Shown: positions 1 to 15,392 of the stretch, piece by piece
How the letters are laid out: the number at the start of each line of letters is the position of its first letter
Position numbering within the stretch: the first letter of the stretch is position 1
NCBI GenBank assembly: GCA_951406725.2
Contig: OX597831.1
Location: forward strand, 56,792,001-56,856,000
Length of the DNA stretch: 64,000 nucleotides
Source: Octopus vulgaris
Taxonomy: Eukaryota
Direction of reading: 5' to 3'
Position numbers and translations under genes: made by a program
The notes under the pieces: model-generated
Told to the model about the DNA's origin: nothing
What the model saw: the letters and a program-made list of their open reading frames with translations, nothing else
Databases searched by the model: none

Positions 1-167
1 TTACTTTGTACAAGATGCAGACGGAATTTTGTCGTGGTCTCAAAGCGACGAAAATATTTTGGCAAATTGAATTTAAATGTTGAAGTGGATCTAACGGTTT
101 TTGTGTATTTTTAAATGGCTTATGAACACCTTACACGCTGCAATTGTTTTTGTACAAGTATTTACAG

Positions 168-365
168 TAGTGATTTTCAACCAGGGTTCTGCGGAACCTT
201 AGGGTTCCGCAAGAAGTTACAAAACTGCTAAAATCGGCAGTAATTTTTAATTCTCCTGTGCAGATATGTGTGCATAAGACAATTAAATTATTGCACAGGG
301 GTTCCTCGAGCCAATGGAATGTTTCCTTGGGGTTCCACTCCAGCAAAAAAGTTTGAAAAGCACTG
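168..365. mobile_element. hAT-like MITE with 8-bp TSD
   Basis: Termini tagtg..cactg, flanked by the direct repeat atttacag (160..167 and 366..373). Confidence 0.75.
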
Positions 366-532
366 ATTTACAGAATATTAGCCGAAATTATTATTTTTTA
401 TAATTAGAATTGTCTTCCCTTACTTCCGTTCTATTTCAAAAACATTTCTCTCGAATTCTACTGTAGAGTCATATTTTTATCGTTATATATTTTCGTTTCA
501 ACCAGCAAAGTGCTGCTTGTTTTCCAGCAAAT

Positions 533-591
533 ATGACAGAACACGAAGGATGTGGATTTTCCTCGGGTTTAAATGTGCACATTGAATTCTG
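533..591 (+). CDS. MIEN1: Paralog A coding exon 1 ([19 protein letters not shown] + split Cys codon)
   Basis: ATG at 533; donor TG|GTAAAT. Upstream ccagcaaatATG matches paralog B ccagcaaaaATG. Confidence 0.8.
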
Positions 592-3500
592 GTAAATAAG
601 AATTATATATTTCTTTAAACGTGGTGACCGATTCTTATTAAGAATCCCACTTCGTTATTTATTGTTGATTTCCCCGTTTTGTTAATAATTTCAGAAGGAA
701 TGCATATACGCAGCACTACTACTGCCTGTCACTTATGTTTTATAAAAAGACTAGCAGTATCGCCCGGCGTTGCTCGGGTTTGTAAGGGAAATAACTATAT
801 AAGCATTTTTAGAGAGTTATAGCCAAAAAAATAGCAAAAAAAATGCATTAAAAATGGAAAAAAATGATGGTAAATTTTTTTTTAAATCGTTGACTCATCG
901 TAGACATTTTTAGAGAATTACTTCCCTTATATAATAGCGAAAAAAATGCATTAAAATGGAAAAAAATAATGGTAAATTATTTTTAAAATCATAGACTCAT
1001 TGTAGACGTGCGCTAATACCTAGAAGGGCTCGATATGAATCACGACTATAAGATACCCGCTTTTGGTTACACTGCTCCGAAAAATGTGGGAGTAGTTAGG
1101 AATCTAAATCGTAGGAGACAGACACACAACTTGACTTTTATATATAAAGATGTCATCTGTTAGGGAGCTTATTTTGCAACAATAACACGTTGTCTCTGTT
1201 TTAATTCTCTGGAGGATTCCAAGAATTAATACCATCCAAAATATTACTATATCGTCATAAATAAAGGATACATTGGGTTTTGGCATAACTACAGAAATCT
1301 GTGCCTTTGTGCATGCATTCTACCACACAAACACACTCATATATATGTAATTAAAAAAGGTTAAAACGGGGAATTATTCCATTTAATATCATGTTTGGCG
1401 AACCGAAACTATGCCTCATGTTTATTATAGAGATTATGTAACAATACATTTATATATTTAACTGTGTATATTCCTTATTTTTGCTTCTGGTGTCTTCTGC
1501 CTTTCTATTAGAAACGTTTACCACGTTTACCTGGGAAATTTACTTAAAGTGCGAAAAAAATTTGTATGCAACAGATAAATCGTCTTAACATATTCCTGTG
1601 TACCAGACCGTTAGCTATTATTTTTAGCATAGCGAGTTTTCTGGTGAGGGCTTCCTTTACCTTCATTGCCTGTTTGTTGCTTCTGTAGAAATCTACGGAT
1701 GCACAAACGCACAAAACGGTGAAAATAAAACAAATATGGACGACTTATTTCGAAACACCCACGAGTGGGGAACGCTTCTCAAAAATAGCCCCCAATTGTT
1801 TCCCCCCCCCCAATTCCTATGTCTTCGGAATCTACATAGTCTGAAGTATAATTGTAAAGAATTTCATTAAAAAATATCCATTTTTCTGAAAGTTATGATC
1901 ATCCAAAATCGGGGAGGGTGACAGGAATCTGTAGTTAGGCAGATTATATAACCCTCTCCTTACCGGGGAGGGACCCAGAAAATTTTCAACATTTCGTATG
2001 TTGGTGGGAACGTTATGTGTCTAAAACGATAATTTATGAAATGAGTTAAAATATTTGTAATTTTCGTTGCATGCGTTCCAAAACTGTTTCACTTAGGCAC
2101 ACTTTGTTGGCATTTCCACTGTCAATATTTCCTAAATTAGTTTGACCTAAAATATTTGGTCAAAATATAGTTGTTTAACTTTACGTACTGAGTTCAAATT
2201 CCGCCGAGGTCGACTTTGCTTTTCATTCGGTTAATGCTTACAAGTATACCGAGCAAGACTTCCGCCCGTACCCACCCCCTTAAAACCACCCATAAAAACA
2301 TTTTTGGTTTTTCGACACAAACCCTTATTTCGGCTTCGGGGAAGGCAAGATGGATCTTTACCTTTTGACCTACAGATTAAAAAAATAATTTTTTGTAACT
2401 AAACACTTTCAAACTTTGGACACTCGTTTAAGAAACAGATTGGGTTCATTTACATTTCTGAAGAAAAAAAAGCTACCCTTCCCCACCAACCCTAACCCTA
2501 ACCCTAAAACAGATTGAAATGCAATAGATCGATACTAGGGTCATAATTATGGGTGACAATTTCATATGACACCGCTAGAAAAAACTGCCAGTCAAACCGA
2601 AAAGATCCAAAACTTATATTTACGAAGTAATTTCACGTTAAAGTAGTCCTATTTCGGTAATTTCAACCAATCAATGACATGTATTCAGCTGAATAAAATT
2701 ACTGCCGTTGTTTGTCAACAAAAACTTCCGGCGGTGTATTTTTCGTTTGTCACTGTTATTTATGACAACCCTAACACTAAAACCAAAACCCTAACCCTAA
2801 CACCTTAAATCTAAAACTAGTACAAACGCACGAACGATGTCATAAAATAATAGTAATAAACGAAGAATACACCGCCAATAGCTGTTGTTGACAAACAACT
2901 ATGTGTCCCTACTAAGAGCAGTGAAATGTTGACAGGCGCAGGAGTGGCTGTGTGGTAAGTAGCTTGTTTACCAACCACATTGTACCGGGTTCAGTCCCAC
3001 TACGTGGCATCTTGGGCAAGTGTCTTCTACTATAGCCTTTGGCCGACCAAAGCCTTGTGAGTGGATTTGGTAGACGGAAACTGAAAGAAGCCCGTCGTAT
3101 ATATGTATATATATATATATATGCATGTGTGTGTTTGTGTGTCTGTGTTTGTCCCCCTAGCATTGCTTGACAACCGATGCTGGTGTGTTTATGTCCCCGT
3201 TACTTAGCTGTTCGGCAAAAGAGACCGATAGAATAAGTACTGGGCTTACAAAAGAATAAGTCCCGGGGTCGAGTTGCTCGATTAAAGGCCGTGCTCCAGC
3301 ATGGCCGCAGTCAAATGACTGAAACAAGTAAAAGAGAGAGAGAGACTATGAATCGACATCTCCCTTCCCACTTTGGCAAACATGACATCTTGTCCCCCCC
3401 GCCTCCTAAATATCTTCTCTAACTTTTAATTTTGTGACAGATTTCTAATGTTGATTCTGAAACAGTACATGATTTTTTTTTTTATATATGTTTTGTAGCA

Positions 3501-5282
3501 ATTCCTGAGGCTATGAGGACCGGGTGGATGAGCTTCGCACAAAGATTCAGAGTGATGTTCCTGAAGCCTGCGTAACAAACAGCATTAGTGATAGAACTGG
3601 TAAGATTTTTGAAAAATTATTTTAAACGAAGAACAGTATAATAGGCGCAGGAGTGGCTGTGTGGTAAGTAGCTTGCTAACCAACCACATGGTTCCGAGTT
3701 CAGTCCCACTGCGTGACACCTTGGGCAAGTGTCTTCTGCTATAGCCCCGGGCCGACCAATGCCTTGTGAGTGGATTTGGTAGACGGAAACTGAAAGAAGC
3801 CTGTCATATATATGTATATATATATGTATGTGTGTTTGTGTGTCTGTGTTTGTCCCACTAGCATCGCTTGACAACCGATGCTGGTGTGTTTCGTCCCCGT
3901 CACTTAGCGGTTCGGCAAAAGAGACCGATAGAATAAGAGTAAAAGAAAATAATTCTCCGAGGTAATTAGAGTGAATGACAGCGAAAATGATATTTTATCT
4001 TTCACCTCTTATTTGTTTCAGTCATTAGACTGTGGCAATGCTGGAGCACCGACTGGAAGGGTTTTAGTTGAATAAATTGACAACATTACCTACTTTTAAA
4101 GCTTTGTACTTATTCTATTGGATTCTTCTGCTGAACCACTAAGTTACAGGAATATAAACAAACCAACATCAGTTGTCAAATGGTAGGTGGGGGACAAAAA
4201 CAAACAAAAATATACACATACACACATACATACATATACACATACATACATACATACACACATACATACATACATACACACATACATACATACACACATA
4301 CATACATACACACATACATACATACACACATACATACACACACATACATACATACACACATACATACATACATACACACATACATACATACACACATACA
4401 TACACACATACATACATACATACATACATACACATATACATACATATAAAAACAGGAGACTGGAAAATTTTTTTAGATTTTTATATCATCTCCAATGCTT
4501 TTTGATCTGGTGATGGTATCATGAAAAGCATAAGAAAAGAAGGAGTAAAAAATCACCAACAGTCCACTGGTAGTTGAATTATATATATACACATACACAC
4601 ACACACACACATACACACACACACATGCATACAAATATATATATATATATGCATGTGTGTTTGTATTCAGGGAGCCAAAACAGATAGTGGAGCTTGGTGT
4701 TACCTTCTGCACAGTCCAATCCATCCCAACATGGAAGTGGATGTTAAATGAGGTTGATGTGTGTGTTTATATATTCTCTTTTACTTGTTTCAGTCATTTT
4801 GACTGCTTTTAGTCGAGCAAATTGACCCCAGGATTTATTCTTTCGTAAGCCTAGTACTTATTCTATCAGCCTCTTTTGCCGAACTGCTAAGTTACGGGGA
4901 CGTAAACACACCACCATCGGTTGTCAAGCGATGTTGGGGGGACAAAAACAGACACAAATTCACACACACACACACACACACATGTATATATACGACGGGC
5001 TTCTTTCAGTTTCTGCCTACCAAATCCACTCACAAGGCTTTGGTTGGGCCGAGGCTATAGTAGAAGACACTTGCCCAAGGTGCCACAAAGTGGGAATGAA
5101 CCCGGAACCATGTGGTTGGTAAGCAAGCTACTTACCACGCAGCCACTCCTGTGCCTATTGTACGAATGTTTTGTTTTCATAAGAAGTTCACAAATTTAAA
5201 TATTTGCTACAAGATACTTTTTAACGTGCCTTTATTTATACAATTTTTTCATTCCATGTTTATCTCATTCAGTGTTTGCAAT

Positions 5283-5324
<42 letters not shown>

Positions 5325-8300
5325 ACACACACTCCAGGTTTGATTTCCTTCTGAGCTTGCACACTTCGTTAATTTCTGTAAAAAATTTTTATCTATTGTT
5401 CTTTTTGCACTCCATGTTCAGCCCCATGTATTTGTAGTCAGTCACACATGCACACGTGTGTTTTTGTATGTATGTTTGTATACATTTATGTATGTGTGTG
5501 TTTGTATGTGTGAGAGCGAAAGGGTCTGTTGTCATGTATACTTACATAAATACATATGCATTCATCTTTTTTCTATGTATGTGTGCATGTTTGTGTATGA
5601 GAGAGAGAGAGAGAGTGATATTTAAGTGGCACTCTCTCTCTTTCTCTCTCTCACACACACACACCTACAAATAAGATGTATGCCTATTTATGTATGTATG
5701 TATACATGACAACATGCCCCGTCACTTGCTCTCTCTTTCTCTCATACACACCCATTTCATTTGATGTTTGATACTGTATGTATATGTATCTGTAAGTGTG
5801 TGTGTGTATGCGTGCGTGCAGCGTTCCACAGAAAAAGCAGAGGAATTTTCTTTCTTGATGCTCCTGGTGGCACAGGTAAAACATTTGTAACATAACTTCT
5901 TTCCAAGGTAAGGTAACAAAAAAAAAAATTGCAGTTGTCGTACCATTCATTGTCTGGCTTTGCTTCCACCATTCTCTCAGAAGGACAAACAGCTCATTCT
6001 GCTTTTAAATTACCACTAAACCTGGTCACAAATGACAGTCCAATTTGTAACATAAGCAAAGATTCGGGTTCATCATAGAGGTGCAATGGTAAGACCTTAC
6101 AGGATATCAGAGGCAATAATAAATCTATGGGAGGAGTTACATTAGTTTTAACAGGAGACTTAAGACAGACATTACCAGTCATTCCGAGATGAACAAGATC
6201 TGATGAAATAAAAGTATGCATTAAGTTTTCACACCTATGGAATAAAGTAGTAAAATTTTCCTTCAATACTGATGTGCAAGATTTATTACATAGGGACCAA
6301 TGTGCAAAATATTTTTCAACCTGGCTCGTCCAATTAGGAAATGGGAAAGTACCATTCAATGGGAATGGTGATATCAGTTTGGTTCATATTGCTATTATGG
6401 TGAATTTCCCAGCTGAATTGAAGAACAGGATATTTCCAGACTTAAGTAATAATTATAATTCACATAAATGGTTGTATGAAAAGGCAATTCTTGCTCCAAA
6501 AAATGAGACAGTAGCAAGGATTAACCATGAATTAATGAATAAGATTCCATCAGTCATTAAGAAGTACAAATCAGTTGATTCTGCCCTTGATGAAAATCAA
6601 GCTGTCTGTTACCCAACAGAGTTCCTTAATTCTCTTGAGCCACTTGGAGCTCCTCCACATAAACTTTTTTCTGAAGGTAGCAGTTCCAATAATGCTTCAA
6701 AGAAATTTAGATCTTCCTAAATTATGCAATGGGACAAGGTTGATAGTGAAGACATTTCCACCTAATGTGACAGAAGCTACCATCATCAATGTATGTGCCT
6801 CTGGGGAAGAGGCTTTCATTCCAAGAATTCCAATCAAACCAATGGACATGACATTTGAGTTCAAATGAACACAATTCCCAGTGCGTCTCTGCTTTGCAAC
6901 AATGTCTATTAATAAGGCCTAAGGTCAGTCTTTGAAATCTACTGGCTTGTTTTTCTCATAGTCACCTTTGACTAGGGACTGGCAAGCCAGAAGGCTGCAT
7001 TAGGCTCCAATCTGAACTGGTAAGGTTTCTGCAGCTGGATGCCCTTCCTAATGCCAACCACTCCGAGAGTGTACTGGGTGCGTTTTACGTGCCATTGGCA
7101 CTAGCAACAGCCATGCTCGAATGATGCTTTTTACATACCACGGCATGGGACCAGTCAGGCAGCAATGGCATCAACCATGCTTGAATGGAGCTTTTTATGT
7201 GCCACTGGCACAGGTGCTAGTCAGGTGGTACTGGCATCGGCCATGACAATTATTTCGCTTGACTCAACAGGTCTTGTCAAGCACAGATTATTGTCCAATG
7301 ATTGAAGGGTACTCTTAGATAGACTGGTTATGCTGCACTGGCATAGGCCATGGTTACAGTCTCACTTGGCTTGCCTGGCCTTCTTAAGAACAGTATATCT
7401 CCAAAGGTCTTGGTTACATGTCATTGCCTCTGTGAGGCCTAACATTTGAAGGTCGTGCTTCATCACCTCATCCCAGGCCTTCCTGGGTCTACCTCTTCCA
7501 CCTGTTCCCTCCACTGTTAAGGGTGTGACACCTTTTCACACAGCTGTCCTCATCCATATGCAACACATGACCATACTAGTGCAATTATCTTTTGTACACC
7601 ACATCTGATGCTTCTTATGTCCAACTTTTTTCTCAGGGCGTTTACACTCTGTTGTGTATGCACACTGACATTACACATCCAGTAGAGCATACTAGCTTCA
7701 TTTCTTGCAAGCTTACGCATGTCCTCATACTAACTATAGAGGTATTAACAAAGATAATAACTATAGAGGTAATAACAAAGATAATAATAAAGGATATAAG
7801 GAAAGAAATAAAGATAAATATAATATAAGTATAAATAAAAATAATATTAATAAAAATGATCATAGTAAGGATAATACCAAAAAGAATTTGAATGGAAATA
7901 AACATTATTATTATATACCCATGAAGAATACAAAGACAAAGAACAATAATAATAAGATGAATTATAATAATAGTAATATTAATAATAAAAAACATAAGGA
8001 AATAATATGGTTAATTATCCCTTATGGGTCCAAACCAAATTATTGATTAAAGAAATTCTGAAAATAATTAAAATATCCTTTAAAAAGAATAAAGAGTATT
8101 TGAAAATATTCTCAAAAAAAAAAAATTGAGGGTGGGATATTCAACAACAAGAAATGTTAGTAATATTATATCCTCTATAAACGTCAAATTAAATAAATTC
8201 TATAATAACAATTTAACTAATATTAATAATAGCTATGGAAGAAATATAACAAACAAAAAACAACCTTATACTAAATAAATGCACATATAAAGATAAATCA

Positions 8301-9188
8301 AAATGTAGGCTTAATAATAATTGCAACCTTGATAATGTAAATTATAAATGTACTGTAACGTCTAATAATAATAAGAAGAAGAAAAAAGAATATATAGGAT
8401 CCACAGTGAATGAAATTAAAAGAAGAAATTCCCAGCATTATCACTCCTTTAAAAATCCCAAATTAAGTAATTCAATAGGTCTATGTATGGGAATTGAAAT
8501 CTGAAAAAATAGAATATACCCTGAATTGGAATATCATTAGTAAAGTCATATAGAATAGGTAATAAAATGTGCTTGTTATGCACTACTGAGTTTATGAAAA
8601 TACTCCAGTCGAAAGAAGTATTACTGAACAGTACAGAAGAGAAGGGGAATAAAATGCCGACATAAAAATAGCTTTATGTATAATAAAATAAAAAATATTT
8701 GAAAAGATACCACCCCCTGCAATTTGTAATCTTAAACAATTATGAGGAAGATAATTAAATGTAGTTTTAATAGAACAATATAATAATATTAGATACGGAT
8801 ATACCTAAAACCAAGAATAAATGTAAAGAATATTACCTTATAAATGTAAAGATTACTACCAAAAAAACATGATTTTTATTGAACTCAAAATACATTTTAG
8901 AGTCCCGTTCTGATTACTTTCTTAAATACTTTCTTGTAAACTGTTTTTAACATTTTTTTATTATTATCAAAGAATGTATATCTGTATTTTGATACTTTTC
9001 TGATAACCAGTACTTAACAAAACAAAGCTCATACAAAGCTTTACATTTTACATTTGACAATCTTTTTCTAAAGAAGTGAAACCAGTAAAGTGAATAAACA
9101 TTTTTAAAATTGCATTTTCAAATCTTCTTTCATATATATTTCCACTTGTGCAGTACCTTACAATTTTACTTTGTCATGTATGTGTATG

Positions 9189-9251
<63 letters not shown>

Positions 9252-9310
9252 ATATATGTGGATATATATACATTTATATATGTGTGTGTGGATATATATA
9301 CATTTATATA

Positions 9311-9341
<31 letters not shown>

Positions 9342-9484
9342 GCGTGTGTGTATATACACATACATATGTATATATATATGTATATATACATGTGTGTATA
9401 TATATGTATATATAGGTATATGTATGTATATATACATATGTATGTATATTTATGTATATATATATATGGATGGATGGATGGATG

Positions 9485-9517
<33 letters not shown>

Positions 9518-10336
9518 GCATGTATGTATATATATATATATATGCATGTATGTATATATATATATATACATATGTATATATATTTCTATATGTATATATG
9601 TGTCTATATATATATATATATATATATACACAAATATATATGTATATATATATACAAATATATATATATCTATATATATATACATATGTATATGTATACA
9701 TAGACCCCAGTTGAACCGTCCAACCCATGCTAGCATGGAAAACGGACGCTAAATGATGATGATGATGATATATATATATATTACATATATATGTATATGT
9801 ATGTTTATATGTATAAGTATGTTTATATGTATGTTTATATGTATAAGTATGTTTATATGTATGTATATATGTATATATATGTGTATATATATGTGTGTAT
9901 ATATATGTGTATATATATATGTATATATATGTGTATATATATATGTATATATATGTATATATATATGTATATATGTGTATATATATATGTGTATATGTAT
10001 ATATGTGTATATATATATGTATATATGTGTATATATATATATGTGTATATATATATGTGTATATATATATGTATATATATATGTATATATATATATGTGT
10101 ATATATATATGTGTATATATGTATATATTATATATGTATGTATATATGTATATATATATATATATGTATGTATATATATATGTGTGTTTATATGTATGTA
10201 TATATATATGTATGTTTATATGTATGTATATATATATGTATGTTTATATGTATGTATATATATATATATATGTATGTTTATATGTATGTATATATATATA
10301 TATATGTATGTTTATATGTATGTATGTATATATGTA

Positions 10337-10379
<43 letters not shown>

Positions 10380-11199
10380 GTACTTGGAGAATAAGAACGA
10401 ATCGAATCGACGCGAGGGCGCTGTCATACAATAAGTGTAATAAATAAAATATATGCATACATACATACATATATGTACGTACCTACATCTACATGTATAT
10501 ATACATGCATATATAAATATATATACGTGAGTACAGGACACCACAACTAGACATAGAACTCAACAAGAAACGAAAACGGAAAAACAAGCATGGAACAAAC
10601 CACTTTTTTACAACAGAAAAACAGAGTACAAGACAAACTACACAAGGAAAAATCCCCTTCATCAGCTGACCCTAGTTCAACTCTAGCATGCCAGCGCTGC
10701 CTCGACTGGCTTCTGTGTCGGTGGCACGTAAAAAGCACCATCCGAATCGTGGCCTAAGCCAGTGTCGCCTCGACTTGCTTCCGTGCCGGTGGCACGTAAA
10801 ATGCACCAATCCGACCGTGGCCGATGCCAGCCTCGCCTGGCACCTGTGCAGGTGGCACATAAAAAGCACCCACTACACTCACGGAGTGGTTGGCGTTAGG
10901 AAGGGCATCCAGCTGTAGAAGCATTGCCAGATCAGACTGGGCCTGGTGCAGCCTTCTGGCTTTTCAGATCCCCAGTCGAACCGTCCAACCCATGCTAGCA
11001 TGGAGAATGGACGTTAAACGATGATGATGTATGTATTTATATATATGTATGTATTTATATATATATATATGTATGTTTATATGTATGTATATATGTATAT
11101 TTATATTCAGATGAATATGGTACTTAAGTTGAGGCACCAGAATTTAGTACGGTGTTATCCATACAATTTCATAATCACCTTACTTTGATATATGTATCT

Positions 11200-11249
<50 letters not shown>

Positions 11250-14200
11250 TTATATACATATAAATATGTTTAGTGGTTAGAGCGCTGAGCTTATGATCGC
11301 GAGGTTGTGAGTTTGAATCCTAGACTGGGCTGCGTGTTTGTGTTCTTGAGCAAGACACTTTATTTCACGTTGCTCCAGTTCACTCAGTTGTAGAAATGAC
11401 TTGCGATGTCACAGGTGCCAAGCTGCATCGGCCCTTGCCTTTCCCGTGGATAACACTGGTTGCATGGAGAGGGGAGGCCAGTATACATGGGCAACTGCTG
11501 GTCTTCCATAAAAACAACCTTGCCTGGACTTGTGCCTGGGAGGGTAACTTTCTAGGTGCAATCCCATGGTCAGTCATGACCAAAGGGGTCCTCGCCATGT
11601 ATGTGTGTGTATATATATATAGGTTTGCAACTGAAACATCTCACACACACAGGCCTAAACATTTAGCTATAGGTGGCCTTATTGCTTTTTTAACAAATGT
11701 AAGTTTGGATGTTATTGTTTTGAAACACTAAAGCCTAATTTAATTGAACCAGTCATCTACTATTCATTTAACAAGGACTGACTGTGTTATGTTTCTTTCT
11801 CTTTAGATTTTTATTGCGAGTGGTAGAGTTTTGCAATGGCTACAGAAATTAGTGTAAATGTTGCTGCCGAAAACGTGAAGGAAGATGACTCAAGTGACTC
11901 GGATGTTAATAGTTCGGAACATGTGATTAATCATCCTTATGAACCTGACATCATGAAATCACGAAATTGCTCTGATGATATAAGCACAGGTGAAAACGAT
12001 GTACCTCAATTGCTTCATGCCCCATTGAATAAGGAATGTATACCTGTTGATAACTCACAGATTTCAGTCAGAGCTAAAAGAGGTCGTAAAAGACAAAAAG
12101 AATTTACAAGATCAGAAAACAAAAAGAGAAGGAATAGTGGATTAAGTTGTATAGGCACTACGCAAAAATTCCCAGCTAAAATGTTGAAAAAAAGCTGTGA
12201 TTGTAAACGACTAAAATGTGACACAAAAATTTCTGAACAAAGAAGAAAGACCTTGTTCACTGTTTACTGGGAGTTAGGAGATATAAATAAGCAACGACAG
12301 TTTATTATCAACTGTGTTTCAAAACACAACAAAGAAAGAAAAAGAACTAAAAGTGATAATTCCAGAAGAAATTCAAGCTTGAAATATTGTTTTTGCATCG
12401 ATGATGTTGAAGTGGAAGTCTGCAAAATATTTTTTCTTAACACACTTTCAATTTCAGAAACCACAGTAACAACTGCTTTAAAAAAAGGTGCAAATGGAGT
12501 GGTAGAAGATGATAATCGTGGAAAAACAAAGAGAAATGATAAGCAGATGAAACATCGCAAAAAAGAGCTTCGTCAGCATATTTTATCACTTCTACAAGTT
12601 CCAAGTCATTATTGTAGGTCTTCAAGCAACTTACTGAGTCTCTCTTCAGAATTAACCTTGTCAAAAATGTATGACATGTATAAGGAAGTATGTAAGGAAA
12701 AGAAAACACAGCCCTTGAGCTACACAATATACTGGCAAACTTTTCAGTCAATGAACTTGAGTTTTCATTGTCCCCAAAAGGACCGGTGCGAAACCTGTGA
12801 AAAGTTTCGAAATCTAAATATTGAAGAACAAGAAAAAGAAGCAGAAAAATTTGAAGCGCATTGTGAAAAGGCAGAAAAAAATTGTGAAATTAAAACCACT
12901 TTGAAGCAAGAAAATTGACAATACCAAAGTCACAGCTGTATTTGACTTGCAAAAAGCTCTTCCTTCTCCAAAATCTGAAGTCTCATTATTTCATGATTCT
13001 CAAAAACTCTCGACATAATGATTTAACTAATGATGAAGTTACTTTGTTTTGTCTGGAATGAAACAGTATCTGGTCAAGGTAGTAATGAAATTGGCAGTTG
13101 CTTGTTCCAAATGCTGAAATAATGGGATGCAAATGGAGCGAGAGGAGTTAACTTCTTTAGTGATGCATGCCCAGGACAAAACTGTAACTGAAACATTCTG
13201 GCTTTGTTTCATGCTTTCATAAACATAGAAGCAAAGAACATCAAAGTAATTAATCACTATTTCTTTGAGTCTGAAATGAAAACGATTCTGTCCACTCTGT
13301 GATTGAATGTGTAACAAAGCACCTAGACGTGTTTATTCCTGAACAGTGGTACATGCTCATTAAATCAGCTTCAAAGAAAAAGAGCTACTATGTCACAGAA
13401 TTGGACCAATCACAAATTTATGATTTTGCAGATGTTATAAGTTAGACAGTGTCCAGAAAGGGAACAGCAAAAGTTTCCAAAAAGCAAATTATGAGTTACA
13501 GAAAGGGAAAGTTTTGTACAGTTGATCTGCTTTGAATGAGCCTGTGCCATTAACCCTTTAGTGTTCGCATTATTCTGCCAAAATTAATGCTTCTTCATCC
13601 ACATTGTTTTGAATTAATCATGCATTATCTTATAGCTATGAGATTTTGATGAGGTAGCTGTTAATTTTTAAAACGATATTGTAGGGTTGGTGTAAGAGAC
13701 CAGATCTGGCCAGTTTGACCATAAAACAGGCAGAATACTTTTGGCCGGATATGGCCGGTTTAAATGCTAAAGGGTTAAATGTGACATTTAAAAGAATTAA
13801 AAGCATCCAATATAAACTTATAAACAAAGAGGCTTCCCAGCCCATCCAAATAAGCAAAATGAAAGATTTATTAAACATGTGTCAAAAATTTGCTATTCCG
13901 AAGCCATACCATGGTTTTTATCAAAGTTTAAAACAAGTCACCTGTATGAATGAAGAACAGAATAAGTAAGGTTATTTTGGAAAATTTTTAGCATTAAGCT
14001 TTGCATGACATCATAAATATCTCAAAGGGTTTGAACCTTGACTGTTATTATGGTGTTGTTGTTAGATTCTTTGCATTTTGAGATGAAAATTGTGAATTCT
14101 TGCAGTGTATGGAGATATTGGCCTTACATGAAGTTTGCTTATTTGGTGCTTTCTTGACTAATGATACATGTTCACTTCAAATTAAACTTTGTTATACATT

Positions 14201-14594
14201 GTATGCTTATCAGCTAATTCACTTGCAATTGCTCATAATTCATCAATAATGCTTTGAGCGTGCTATTAAGCAAAATCCTTTTTCCAGTAGATTAGTATGT
14301 TGCAAGTTTTAAGGTTTTGTTTTTTTTTGCAAAATTAGTAAGGCCAAGAAACAAAATTGAACTAAAAATTAATGATGCCTTGGAAGAAAAAGTACTACCA
14401 AAATATTTTCCAATGTTTCTGAAATGACTGCTTTGTACTTTTTGGATATATTAACAATAAAGTGAGCAATGTAAAATAAAATGGAATGGTGAAACTTTGT
14501 TTTTCTCAAAAAGCAACGTTTTGGGCTTAGGACAGTTTTGTATAATAGCAATGATATATGTATGTGTGTAGATATCTGTCTGTCTCTATATATG

Positions 14595-14683
<89 letters not shown>

Positions 14684-14901
14684 ATATTATATGTATATAT
14701 ATGTATGTATATATGTATATATATATATATATGTATATATGTATATATATGTATGTATATATATATATATGTATGTATATATGTATATATATATGTATAT
14801 TATATGTATATATATGTATATTATATGTATATATATGTATATTATATGTATGTATATATATATGTATATATATGTATATGTATGTATATTATATGTATAT
14901 G

Positions 14902-14958
<57 letters not shown>

Positions 14959-15348
14959 GTATCTATATATGTATGTATCTATGTATGTATGTATGTATGT
15001 ATCTATCTATGTATGTATCTATATATGTATGTATCTATATATGTATGTATCTATATATGTATGTATCTATATATGTATGTATCTATATATGTATGTATCT
15101 ATATATGTATGTATGTATCTATATATGTATGTATGTATCTATATATGTATGTATGTATCTATATATGTATGTATCTATATATGTATGTATCTATATATGT
15201 ATGTATCTATATATGTATGTATGTATCTATATATGTATGTATCTATATATGTATGTATGTATCTATATATGTATGTATCTATATATGTATGTATGTATCT
15301 ATATATGTATGTATGTATCTATATATGTATGTATGTATCTATATATAC

Positions 15349-15392
<44 letters not shown>

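Noticed and set aside
2935-3010. tRNA-like sequences
   Set aside because: These are SINE heads continuous with a multi-copy body; no complete cloverleaf.
3506-3508. In-frame TGA as a pseudogene lesion
   Set aside because: Conserved at the same redox position in all three paralogs, each with a SECIS.
6274-6868. Host PIF1 helicase gene
   Set aside because: Intronless, with stops and frameshifts; Helitron-type motifs.
9110-10434. Long YI/VC/MY-rich ORFs (also 4144..4513, 14538..15442, 16895..18035, 47636..48351)
   Set aside because: Translations of microsatellites that lack stop codons; not genes.
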